From Patescibacteria group bacterium (GTDB lineage Bacteria > Patescibacteriota > Gracilibacteria > UBA4473), in assembly GCA_965660445.1 (NCBI GenBank), contig CBFIAK010000001.1, positions 640,001-704,000 on the forward strand: a DNA stretch of 64,000 nt. Reading direction: 5' to 3'. Positions 38,237 through 47,380 of the stretch are shown in pieces. A model generated the notes under the pieces. That model did not search any database, was not told the origin of the DNA, and saw nothing but the letters and a program-made list of their open reading frames with translations. The translations under genes and the position numbers were made by a program. Numbering within the stretch: position 1 is the first letter of the stretch; every line of letters starts with the position of its first letter.

Positions 38237-38683
38237 TCAATTTTTTTCTTGTTGGTCAAAATAAAATTCTAAGATTCGTGCGGCGGCGAGATCATCAATT
38301 CGTTTTTTTTGTGATCCAGAGATAAGAGTTCCTTTTGATGAGAATCGTTCGTTGACGTAGTGCGTTTCAATCAATGAGCTATAGGGAGAAAAAACTCGAC
38401 GTATTTCAGCACAAAGTTCGTTTTCAGAGTTGTCTTTATTGAGAGGGATACCAATAATAAGTTGTTTTGGAGTGTATTTTTGTAAGTATTGAGTGATTGT
38501 TTTGTGTAAGTCTTGTGTTGGAAAAACCCCTAAAGGAAGTATACATACTCCATCTGGAGAATAGGCAAAACCACAATGAATAGTTCCATAATCACAACTC
38601 AGTAGTGGAAAGGGAATATTTTTATAGACTTGTTCATTCTGAAGTTCAAGGTTTCGGAGGTGTTGGCGAATATCTTTTTTCAT
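38237..38683 (-). CDS. ruvX: YqgF/RuvX family RNase H-like nuclease
   Basis: DYGT..CGFA.S, IIGIPL, NERFSS and IDDLAA..IL motifs; ATGA overlap with the upstream gene. Confidence 0.88.
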   Translation of the reverse strand: MKKDIRQHLRNLELQNEQVYKNIPFPLLSCDYGTIHCGFAYSPDGVCILPLGVFPTQDLHKTITQYLQKYTPKQLIIGIPLNKDNSENELCAEIRRVFSPYSSLIETHYVNERFSSKGTLISGSQKKRIDDLAAARILEFYFDQQEKN

Positions 38684-40416
38684 GAAAGAGGAATTCCAAA
38701 AAACCAACGTATAAAAGATCCAAATCGAGAATTTTGAGAAGGCAAATCCCAGTCCTGATCTACATAGAAATACCAATCAGAAACACCTAGGTATCGATGA
38801 GCGTGTTTTCGAAGTTTTGTATGAAAGCGATCATTAAATCCTTGTAGTTGTGATGAAACAAGTAAATGATGTGTTGGTCGAGCGAGTATTAAAGCTGGAT
38901 CAAGTCTCAGGAGTCGGTCGTGTAGGTTTATAAGATCTGTTTGTGATCCTGTTTCAATAACTTCTTGTATAAGAAAATCTATAGATTCATTTGTAAGGTT
39001 TGAAAGGTTGTAAAGTCCACTTTGTGAAGAATGCCATGATGAAAGCGTGTTTGGGTTCTCTGAATAATTTTGTCCATAGAAAACAATGTCATAATCTCTT
39101 TCACTGAGTGCTTTTTGGAACTCTTGAGGAGAAAGAATATGGAGGTCAATATTAATATTGAGTTCTCGTTCCCAAGTTTGTTCGGCTACTTGTGCAAATC
39201 GAGAATAAACAGGTGGGTTTGTAGAAGTGATGAGTTTAAGCGTGAGTGGGGTTTTGCTCACATTTCCAACACGACGTCCTCTTTGTGGATCATAAGGATA
39301 TCCAGCTTCAGTGAGTATGTTTCGTGCATCATTAAAAAATACACCACTTCGTGTGTAAGGAGTAGGAAGAAAAAAGAAATACGAATGAAATGGTGTCCAA
39401 TTTGGTTCTTTTGCAAGAATCGTTTGAACATCAAACGAGAAATCAAGAGCTCTTCTAATACTGATATTTCCCGGAATAGGTCGGTCAAGGTTAAAGAAAA
39501 AACCGGTAAATTGTGGAATTTGGTATGTATAGTGTTGGTATATTTTGTTTTCTGATACTCTTTCGTTAAGGGTATTGTGCAGTGCGTCTCGATATTGAAA
39601 TGGAATATGAGAATACATATGAGTTGTTACTGATGATGATTGCAAATCTTCAAATGTTGGATAAACATAGAGTACAATCTGATCAATGTAAGGAATTTTT
39701 TTATAGTAGTGTTTGTTTTTCGTAAGAAAAACACGAATACTCCCATCATTATTAGGAACAATATTGTTCAGTTGGTACGGTCCGGCTCCAATAGGGGATT
39801 TATTGAAACTAAATGTAGGATCTGTGATTTGTTCAATAAATGCATTTTCAAAATAAGCAGAAGGGACAATAGGGGTCGTGAGAAATGCTGGAAAATAAAA
39901 GTTTGGTTCAATAAGTCGAAACTCAATTGTTTTTTCATCAATTACTTCTAGTCGAGTGTATTGAAACGCTTCAAAGAGAACTTCGTTACTAAAGTGTGGA
40001 TTTTGAATAATAGATTCAAAAGTAAACACAACATCTTTTGTTGTGACTGGTTTTCCATCCTGGAATCGTGCGTTTTCTTTAATCGTAAACTCATAGGTTG
40101 TTTCATTTTTCACTTGCATATGAGCGAGCCCGTCAATGATCGTGTCTTTTGTGGAGTCATATCTCAATAATCCTTCAAAAATAAGCTTATGGAGATCCTT
40201 GTCGAGTAATGTGTGTTCTCGGGAGAAAGGACTTAAATTTTCAATCGTCCCAATTGTAGATTCTGTTAAAATACCTCCTTCTTGTGGTTTTAGTTTGGAG
40301 TATTCGTCAAAGAAACGATTATAAGACTGAATCATTACACCACACAACACAAGGAAGCTCAAGAGTCCTAATGTAAAAAGCGTTTTCTTTTTTTGTATAG
40401 AGGGTTTAGCTCTCAT
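38680..40416 (-). CDS. peptide ABC transporter substrate-binding protein (family 5)
   Basis: IFEGLLRYD, FQDGKPVTTKDVVFT and PIGAGPY motifs. Confidence 0.9.
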   Translation of the reverse strand: MRAKPSIQKKKTLFTLGLLSFLVLCGVMIQSYNRFFDEYSKLKPQEGGILTESTIGTIENLSPFSREHTLLDKDLHKLIFEGLLRYDSTKDTIIDGLAHMQVKNETTYEFTIKENARFQDGKPVTTKDVVFTFESIIQNPHFSNEVLFEAFQYTRLEVIDEKTIEFRLIEPNFYFPAFLTTPIVPSAYFENAFIEQITDPTFSFNKSPIGAGPYQLNNIVPNNDGSIRVFLTKNKHYYKKIPYIDQIVLYVYPTFEDLQSSSVTTHMYSHIPFQYRDALHNTLNERVSENKIYQHYTYQIPQFTGFFFNLDRPIPGNISIRRALDFSFDVQTILAKEPNWTPFHSYFFFLPTPYTRSGVFFNDARNILTEAGYPYDPQRGRRVGNVSKTPLTLKLITSTNPPVYSRFAQVAEQTWERELNINIDLHILSPQEFQKALSERDYDIVFYGQNYSENPNTLSSWHSSQSGLYNLSNLTNESIDFLIQEVIETGSQTDLINLHDRLLRLDPALILARPTHHLLVSSQLQGFNDRFHTKLRKHAHRYLGVSDWYFYVDQDWDLPSQNSRFGSFIRWFFGIPLS

Positions 40417-40635
40417 TTATTCGGTTATAGAAACCATATAATAAAAAGTGCCAACTAAGAACAAAAAAGCTAAAACAACAGTGAATGTGTGAAGAAATTG
40501 TTCTGCACCTCGACGCGTTTTAACAATATCTTCATCGCTGTCTGCCCCCATCATAGATCCAAGGCTTGAGTTTTTCTGTTGCATAAGTACGACAGTGATA
40601 AATAAAAATGCGGTAATCAGAATAAAAGTTTTCAT
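40417..40635 (-). CDS. secG: preprotein translocase subunit SecG
   Basis: VLMQQK…LG…TRRGAE.FL…T with two TM helices. Confidence 0.9.
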   Translation of the reverse strand: MKTFILITAFLFITVVLMQQKNSSLGSMMGADSDEDIVKTRRGAEQFLHTFTVVLAFLFLVGTFYYMVSITE

Positions 40636-40718
40636 ATCAAGAGTAAAAAATCAGTAGGGATTGTATCACTATTTATCTATGAGACAAGTTTTTTTAAGAA
40701 AATATTTTTTTTGAACCG

Positions 40719-41102
40719 TTATCGAGAATAAAAGAATTGAAATACTAAATGCGTAAGTGCAAATAAGAATCCACTGAGTATGTAAATCCAAAATCCATTG
40801 ATAATGAGTGATACTGAAAAAAAATCGAGTTTTAACAAAACAAATTCAAGAATCCAGAGAAGAAAACCATTTATAAAAAACTGAATCATACCAAGGGTAA
40901 TAATTCGTATAGGAAGAAGTATTATTTGAAAAACAGGTTTAATAAATATCTGAATAAGACTTAAAAAAAGAGCTGATATTCCATACCCAATCCATCCTCC
41001 AGTTACTATAAAATGCGACCCAAAAAGAATAGTATCACTTACATAAAGCATACCGCAGTTTAAAAGAATAAAAATAAAAAAATGTTCAATAATACGAATC
41101 AT
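40719..41102 (-). CDS. phage holin family 4 / YvlD-like membrane protein
   Basis: IKPV..II.LP..IITLG…F.INGF.LW pattern. Confidence 0.8.
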   Translation of the reverse strand: MIRIIEHFFIFILLNCGMLYVSDTILFGSHFIVTGGWIGYGISALFLSLIQIFIKPVFQIILLPIRIITLGMIQFFINGFLLWILEFVLLKLDFFSVSLIINGFWIYILSGFLFALTHLVFQFFYSR

Positions 41103-41104
41103 GG

Positions 41105-41689
41105 TTAGGGGTTAAGACATTCTGCTTCACAATCAGCAAGTGATGAAAATGGGCTTGCTATTCCACACGCTCGTATAGAACGTTCTTCACATCCTCCATT
41201 TCGAAATTCATAGGCTGTGTGTAAACTATTACACAATCCCACAATATCTGTCTTCGCTTCACATTTATTTGATTGAGAAAAAGAAACTTCAGGGGTGCAC
41301 AATCCTTCGTTGAGTATATCAGCTCCATGCCGTTTTGCATGACAAGCGTTCAAATACCCGTTTTTTCTGTCATTCTTGTATCCACAAACGGGTTCTTTTT
41401 CATCTGTACAAGAAAGTGTTGTATCAACCACAGATAAAGTACAAATTCCAAACTGCAGAGCATTGTTTTCTTCAGTCACGCATTCATATCCTTGGTCGCA
41501 AAGAATGTTTTCAGGGCCTCCACACATTTCATTTTCTTGTGCCGTTTGTATGGGTGTTGTGGTAACCGTATCGGTTTGAGTCGCTTGTGTGTCCGGTGAT
41601 TTCGGTGATTGGCACGCGAGAAGTATTATGCTAAAAAGAAAAACAAGTATATATCGGGTACGGCGTGTTTTGTGAAAAGCTGTGTTCAT
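41105..41689 (-). CDS. Cys-rich lipoprotein with Kazal-type domain
   Basis: LLAC lipobox; CT….PVCG……YLN.C.A……….G.C Kazal pattern. Confidence 0.75.
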   Translation of the reverse strand: MNTAFHKTRRTRYILVFLFSIILLACQSPKSPDTQATQTDTVTTTPIQTAQENEMCGGPENILCDQGYECVTEENNALQFGICTLSVVDTTLSCTDEKEPVCGYKNDRKNGYLNACHAKRHGADILNEGLCTPEVSFSQSNKCEAKTDIVGLCNSLHTAYEFRNGGCEERSIRACGIASPFSSLADCEAECLNP

Positions 41690-41749
41690 TTATATTGTAT
41701 GGTTGTAAATAAAAATCCTTAATTATACTACAATAAAACAAAAAAAGGT

Positions 41750-42538
41750 CTACCTTTTTTTATGGGCAATATAGAGTCTGAATTGTTCAGTAATATGTAT
41801 CCATTCTTCTATAGTGAGCGTTTCGGCTCGTTTTTCTCCGTCTATATCTTTTAAAAGTATATCACTTGAAACACCAAAAAAAGCCCCTATATAGTTTTGA
41901 ATTTTTTTTCTTTTTCGACTAAATCCGGCATGTAAAACAGTAAAAAAATCAGCTTCCATTTCTGTTGGGATGAGTGGTGTTTTTCGCACAATGAGTTCTA
42001 TAACGGCGGAATCAACTTTGGGGGCGGGGGAAAAGTCTGTTGATTTTACAAATGTTGCAATACGACTTGATGCAAATAGTTCAACCGATATGGAAAGAAT
42101 TGATCGTTTTGAGCTACAAATTTTTTGAGCTACTTCTTTTTGCACCATAAGGATACATTTTTCTGGCTTATTCTGTGTACGTGATAATATTTTTCGAATA
42201 AGGGGTGAGGTGATGTTGTAGGGGATATTAGCAATAACTGAATAGTTTTCCGTGGGGTATAAATCATCAAGTGATATCGAAAGAATATCGTCATAAATAA
42301 GACGAAAATTCGGTTTGTGTTCAAAATCGCGTTTAAGAATCTCTATACTCCTTGCATCAAGTTCTACAGCTGTGAGTATGCATTTTTCAGCTAAGAGTTT
42401 TGTGGTTAAAAAACCAAGCCCTGGACCTATCTCTAAAACTTGTTTTTGGGATATATCACCGGCAGTTTGTAAAATAATATCACGAATAACTGGTGATTGC
42501 AGAAAATTTTGTCCGAGTGATTTTTTGGCAAATCCCAT
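41750..42538 (-). CDS. rsmA: 16S rRNA m6,2A dimethyltransferase
   Basis: KKSLGQNFL, EIGPGLG, ANIPYNIT and PAPKVDSA motifs. Confidence 0.97.
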   Translation of the reverse strand: MGFAKKSLGQNFLQSPVIRDIILQTAGDISQKQVLEIGPGLGFLTTKLLAEKCILTAVELDARSIEILKRDFEHKPNFRLIYDDILSISLDDLYPTENYSVIANIPYNITSPLIRKILSRTQNKPEKCILMVQKEVAQKICSSKRSILSISVELFASSRIATFVKSTDFSPAPKVDSAVIELIVRKTPLIPTEMEADFFTVLHAGFSRKRKKIQNYIGAFFGVSSDILLKDIDGEKRAETLTIEEWIHITEQFRLYIAHKKR

Positions 42539-42725
42539 AAAAATAAAATCAAAATACGAAAAAAGACTACTGAAAAAAAAACTTTTGTATATATAATGTG
42601 TATGTTTTTATAGTTTACAATAAAAACAAATACAATCAATTACTTTTTACATTAAATAGCTTGCAAAAGGGAAAAGAATAGCTTTACAATCGAGACAGCT
42701 TTATTTTCTAACCCTTTTATACAAA

Positions 42726-43007
42726 ATGGCTATCACAAAAAACGATCTCGTGAGCAGTATTTCAGAAGCTACTGGCTCTACAAAAAAAATGGCAGGGGAC
42801 ATGCTTGAAGCATTCCTTGATGCTGTTAAAAAAGAATTGTCAAAAGGAGGACAAGTGACTCTTACTGGATTTGGTTCTTTTAAAGTATCTCACCGAGCTG
42901 CTCGAACAGGCGTTAATCCACAAAATCCTTCACAAAAAATTCAAATTGCTGCTTCTAAAGTTCCAACTTTTAAAGCTGGTAAAAACTTAAAAGACGCTGT
43001 TCGGTAA
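42726..43007 (+). CDS. hup: HU family DNA-binding protein
   Basis: GFGSFKV..RAARTGVNP…I.I.A.KVP.FKAGK.LKDAV. Confidence 0.97.
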   Translation: MAITKNDLVSSISEATGSTKKMAGDMLEAFLDAVKKELSKGGQVTLTGFGSFKVSHRAARTGVNPQNPSQKIQIAASKVPTFKAGKNLKDAVR

Positions 43008-43024
43008 TAACCAAAACAGTGCAT

Positions 43025-43063
43025 AAAAAAACCTCACTCTCTTTTCTTGAGTGAGGTTTTTTT
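43025..43063. terminator. bidirectional intrinsic terminator
   Basis: AAAAAAACCTCACTC…GAGTGAGGTTTTTTT between convergent genes. Confidence 0.8.
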
Positions 43064-43088
43064 AAAACTATTTTTTTATACTCATGCT

Positions 43089-44204
43089 CTATGCAGCAAG
43101 TTTCGAAAGTTTTTGAACGATCTTTTGAATTTTTTGAGCATTTTTTTTCTTTTCGTTTTTAATGTCTTCTATTTCCTTTTGGAGCACTGTCTTTTTTTCG
43201 GCTACTTCATTTTCAAGTTTTAGAATTTCGTTTTCTTTGTTTTTTATTTTATCATCAGACTCCTTTTGAGTGCTTTCAAATTTTTCAATAATATGAAGAA
43301 CAAGTGTTTCAGGGTCGTCTTCTCTTTCGTTTTTTTGTGTTTCTAACTCAGGAGAAACAAATAATTCAGTTTTCAGAGCATCAGATTCTTGGGTGTTTTC
43401 ATCATTTTCCAGTGACATCTCGTTTGATGTTTCGCTTTCTTCCTCATGCACCGTTTCTTCTTGAATGTCGGTAGGTGTTTCATTTTTAACAACGTCTGAA
43501 TCTTGTTCTTCATGAAGACTGAGTGACATATCTTCAGGTTCTGTATCGGTATCAGCGGTAATGTTTTCAGTTTCTTGTATAACTGGTTGATCATTTTTTT
43601 CAGATTCTTCCTCATTCACAGTTTCTTCTTGAATGTCAGTAGGTGTTTCATTTTCAACAACATCTAAATCTTGTTCTTCATGAAGACTGAGTGACATATC
43701 TTCAGGTTCTGTATCGGTGTCGGCGGTAGTGTTTTCAGTTTCTTGTATAACTGGTTGATCATCTTCTTCTAATTTTGTCTCTTTTTGTATATCTTCAGAA
43801 GTCATATCTAAAAAAGAAAGTGATTCTTCTAAATTCTCATTAGCAAAAGATTGTTCTTTTGTATCAGATGAATCAATATCTTCATTTTCTATATCATCCA
43901 TAGTTATTTCATGATCTGTATTTGACTCCGTTTCTTTATCTCCCGTATCGACCAATTGTTCTTTTTGATGCTCCTTGTTTTCTTGAATATTCTCTTCTTC
44001 ATCGAGAGACAAATTGCTGATTTCTTCTTCTGATTTGTCCTTGAGTTGGTTGTTGACAACATCGTTTACCTCTTGAGATGGAACAGAAAGTGATTCTTTG
44101 CTCAGATCAATATTTGCATTAGATTCATCAGTAGGAGATGTATCATCTATATTTGAAGAGTTTGTTTGTGATTTCGCGCCGAATTTGAAATTAAAATCTA
44201 CCAT
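43089..44204 (-). CDS. highly acidic disordered protein with C-terminal coiled coil
   Basis: 371 aa, D/E-rich, with a basic coiled-coil tail. Confidence 0.75.
   Translation of the reverse strand: MVDFNFKFGAKSQTNSSNIDDTSPTDESNANIDLSKESLSVPSQEVNDVVNNQLKDKSEEEISNLSLDEEENIQENKEHQKEQLVDTGDKETESNTDHEITMDDIENEDIDSSDTKEQSFANENLEESLSFLDMTSEDIQKETKLEEDDQPVIQETENTTADTDTEPEDMSLSLHEEQDLDVVENETPTDIQEETVNEEESEKNDQPVIQETENITADTDTEPEDMSLSLHEEQDSDVVKNETPTDIQEETVHEEESETSNEMSLENDENTQESDALKTELFVSPELETQKNEREDDPETLVLHIIEKFESTQKESDDKIKNKENEILKLENEVAEKKTVLQKEIEDIKNEKKKNAQKIQKIVQKLSKLAA
43427..43762. repeat. 168-bp in-frame tandem duplication (2 x 56 aa)
   Basis: TCTTGTTCTTCATGAAGACTGAGTGACATATC at 43501 and 43669 (period 168). 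Confidence 0.9.
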
Positions 44205-44319
44205 AATAAAAAGGGGGGAAAGAAGAAAAAATATTTTATTTAAATTTGACTTTTTACATCAAATTCATAACAGTATACAGGAATTTCTGAAATTTTTCAA
44301 GACTTTTTTGCCTTCTTCT

Positions 44320-45357
44320 ATGATTGTGGATACTGTATATTCCCGAGTTTGTAGTCTTTATACTGAAGCTCAGGACGCTTTACAAAACATCAACACTCTT
44401 GAAGATCTTCATGACTTTGAACAAAACCATCTTTCGAAGAAGAAAGGTCTTTTGTTCTGTTTGAAAGAAATAAAAAACCTATCACCAGAAGACAAAAAAA
44501 CATTCGGCCCTAAAATTCATGGTATGGTTTCGGATATACAAGCATCATATCAAGAAAAAAGAAATAAAATTCAGCAGTCTATTCTTACTCAACAATTAGA
44601 ATCTGATTGGATTGATGTCACCAAAAAAACACCATCTTTGGCAAAAGGGAATATTCATCCCTTAGCACAAACACAACGAACAATAGAGCAATTGTTTCAA
44701 TCGCTTGGGTTTGAAATTGCTGATGGACCTGAAATAGAGACCGAATGGTATAACTTTGATGCACTAGATATTCCTGATACTCATCCGGCACGGGATATGC
44801 AAGATACATTTTGGGTTAGCTCAAATGCGAATATAGAGAATCTTGTACTTCGCACACAAACCTCAAATGTTCAAATCCGAACAATGGAAAAAGGAGCACC
44901 AGTGCGCATCATTGCACCAGGAAGGGTGTATCGAAACGAAGAAACAGACACAACTCATGATTCTATATTTTACCAAGTAGAAGGTCTTATTATTGATAAA
45001 AATATATCACTCGCTCATCTGAAAGGGGTTATTGAAAACATGCTTGAAGGTATTTTTCAGAAACAAATGAAAGTTCGGTTTCGTCCGGGATATTTTCCAT
45101 TTGTTGAACCTGGGCTTGAGGTTGACATTTGGTTTGAATACACAGACAAAGATGGAAACCAAAAATCACAATGGCTTGAATTTATGGGAGCTGGCATGGT
45201 GCATCCTCAGGTGCTCAAAAATTGCAATATTGATCCAACTCAATACACTGGGTTCGCATTTGGGTTTGGGTTAACTCGACTGGTTATGATTCAACATGCT
45301 ATAGAAGATATACGGCTCTTATTTTCACAAAAAAAATCTTTTCTTTCTCAATTTTAA
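44320..45357 (+). CDS. pheS: phenylalanine--tRNA ligase alpha subunit
   Basis: HPARDMQDTF, LRTQTS, FRPGYFPFVEP and GFAFGFGLTR motifs; start at ATG 44320. Confidence 0.97.
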   Translation: MIVDTVYSRVCSLYTEAQDALQNINTLEDLHDFEQNHLSKKKGLLFCLKEIKNLSPEDKKTFGPKIHGMVSDIQASYQEKRNKIQQSILTQQLESDWIDVTKKTPSLAKGNIHPLAQTQRTIEQLFQSLGFEIADGPEIETEWYNFDALDIPDTHPARDMQDTFWVSSNANIENLVLRTQTSNVQIRTMEKGAPVRIIAPGRVYRNEETDTTHDSIFYQVEGLIIDKNISLAHLKGVIENMLEGIFQKQMKVRFRPGYFPFVEPGLEVDIWFEYTDKDGNQKSQWLEFMGAGMVHPQVLKNCNIDPTQYTGFAFGFGLTRLVMIQHAIEDIRLLFSQKKSFLSQF

Positions 45358-45369
45358 TTTTCTATCTTT

Positions 45370-46563
45370 ATGTCAAAAAACGAACAATTTCTCGGAAAAC
45401 ACCAAAAAGCTATCAAAAAGTTTCCTCTTGAGATACAGCAACTTATTCAAAAAGGAAGAGAACAAAAGTTCATTACTGAGCAAGAGCTTATGAAAGCACT
45501 TCCTAATATTGATGAAAACTTAACACTTCTTGATGAACTGTATGAAATATTATTTGATATGGATATTCAGATTCTTGATGTTAAAGAAGAAGCCCTTTGG
45601 AAAGAAAAACACGCGAAAGAAATCGAAAAAGAATTAGAATCTGAACCATCAGATATGCTTATTGAGGTTATAGATAAGACAGATGATGATGACGACGATT
45701 CTGATAGTGACGATGATGATTTAAAAACAATTGATCTTTCTGAAATATCAAACGATTCAGTTCGTATGTATTTGAATGAGATTGGGCGTATTCCTCTTCT
45801 AATCAGAGAAGAAGAAGTAACGCTTGCAAAACGCATTGAAAAAGGGGATTTAGCGGCAAAACAAAAACTTGCTGAATCAAATTTACGATTAGTTGTTTCT
45901 ATTGCAAAACGATATATCGGACGAGGGTTGCCATTTTTGGATCTCATGCAAGAAGGAAATTTTGGACTTCTTCGTGCCGTTGAGAAATTTGATTACAGAA
46001 AAGGGTTTAAATTTTCTACATATGCAACATGGTGGATTCGACAAGCGATAACCAGAGCTATTGCTGACCAAGCACGAACTATTCGAATCCCAGTCCATAT
46101 GGTAGAAACGATTAACAAACTTCGTTATACACAACGAAGACTACAACAAGAAATTGGTCGAGAACCAACACCAGAAGAACTTTCTGTGGAAATGGATCTT
46201 GAAATAAAAAAAGTAAACTATATCCTCAAAATATCACAAGACATTGTGTCGCTCGAGTCTCCCATTGGTACAGAAGAAGATTCAAAATTGCTTGATTTTA
46301 TAAAAGATGAATCAACTATTTCTCCGTTTGATAATGCACATAGAAATCTTATTAAAGAAAATATTGATGAACTTTTAAAATATCTCTCTGCTCGTGAACA
46401 AAAAGTAATTAAAATGCGGTTCGGATTGGACGATGGAATTCCTCATACACTTGAAGAAGTTGGAAAAGAATTTAATGTCACTCGAGAACGAATACGACAA
46501 ATAGAAGGAAAAGTACTCGAAAAACTTCGAGATCATCCAATGGCTGTTAAAATTGAGTCATAA
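45370..46563 (+). CDS. rpoD: primary sigma factor RpoD/SigA
   Basis: [35 protein letters not shown] and TRERIRQIE motifs. Confidence 0.97.
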   Translation: MSKNEQFLGKHQKAIKKFPLEIQQLIQKGREQKFITEQELMKALPNIDENLTLLDELYEILFDMDIQILDVKEEALWKEKHAKEIEKELESEPSDMLIEVIDKTDDDDDDSDSDDDDLKTIDLSEISNDSVRMYLNEIGRIPLLIREEEVTLAKRIEKGDLAAKQKLAESNLRLVVSIAKRYIGRGLPFLDLMQEGNFGLLRAVEKFDYRKGFKFSTYATWWIRQAITRAIADQARTIRIPVHMVETINKLRYTQRRLQQEIGREPTPEELSVEMDLEIKKVNYILKISQDIVSLESPIGTEEDSKLLDFIKDESTISPFDNAHRNLIKENIDELLKYLSAREQKVIKMRFGLDDGIPHTLEEVGKEFNVTRERIRQIEGKVLEKLRDHPMAVKIES

Positions 46564-46620
46564 CAAAAACATCCTTCCAAAAGACTTCTTCTTAAAAAAA
46601 ACAGAGCTGTGTTTTGTTTC

Positions 46621-47328
46621 TTATAAAAATTGCAACACTTCTTTTATAAGAGATCTATTAAACCCATATTTCATTCTCATCGGCCCAAGTATTCCAATGT
46701 ATCCTTGAATATTTGATTTTTGGTATCGAGTAACAATCATTGCACAACTCGATATTTCATCGATCATGTTTTCTTCACCAATAAATATTTTTACTTCATT
46801 ATTCGGTAAATCAAGTTGAGAGAGAAGTGTTCGAAATCGCTCCCTTCCATCAAGAATTTCTATTATTTGAGCGACTTGTTCAGGATGAGCGATGAATTCA
46901 GGACTTCGTAATACATGAGAGAGTCCAATATAAAGCGTTTTATCGTTCTCGATAGACGAAAATGCGACATTGCCTGATAATCGAGAAAGAAGTCTGAGCA
47001 TATCAAAAAGGACTTCTTTTGATTTGGTAAACTTATATTCTTGAATATGTTTTTCAAACAAAGAATGAACAAAATCTTGCTGATTATCTTCTTTTAAAAT
47101 CTGATCAACAAAATATCGGTATCCTTTTTGTGTTGGTATTTTTCCAGCAGAAACATGCGGTGATGTGATAAATCCAACTTCTTCCAGTAAGGCAAATTCA
47201 TTTCGAACTGTTGCTGAAGAGATATTGAAATCTTTACATTCTAATAAATGTTTTGATGCCACTGGGCTGGCTGTTTCAATAAAGTTTTCAATAAGGGTTG
47301 CCAATATTTCAAGTGTTCGAGGTTTCAT
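46621..47328 (-). CDS. hrcA: heat-inducible transcription repressor HrcA (short form)
   Basis: PVAS…SSATVRNE…PH.SAG.IPT.KGYRYFVD and GILGP.RM.Y motifs. Confidence 0.92.
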   Translation of the reverse strand: MKPRTLEILATLIENFIETASPVASKHLLECKDFNISSATVRNEFALLEEVGFITSPHVSAGKIPTQKGYRYFVDQILKEDNQQDFVHSLFEKHIQEYKFTKSKEVLFDMLRLLSRLSGNVAFSSIENDKTLYIGLSHVLRSPEFIAHPEQVAQIIEILDGRERFRTLLSQLDLPNNEVKIFIGEENMIDEISSCAMIVTRYQKSNIQGYIGILGPMRMKYGFNRSLIKEVLQFL

Positions 47329-47380
47329 CACAAATTACTTTAAAAAAAAATACAAAAAAATACAATAGAGAAAAGAAGTA

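Noticed and set aside
40719-41102. Prophage lysis gene suggested by the holin-family call
   Set aside because: It sits among housekeeping genes (secG, rsmA) with no endolysin; this family is commonly chromosomal.
44098-44319. Long N-terminal extensions of pheS (also trpS, ruvX and the glycosyltransferase) in the ORF track
   Set aside because: They overlap neighbouring genes or promoters; downstream ATGs match the family starts.
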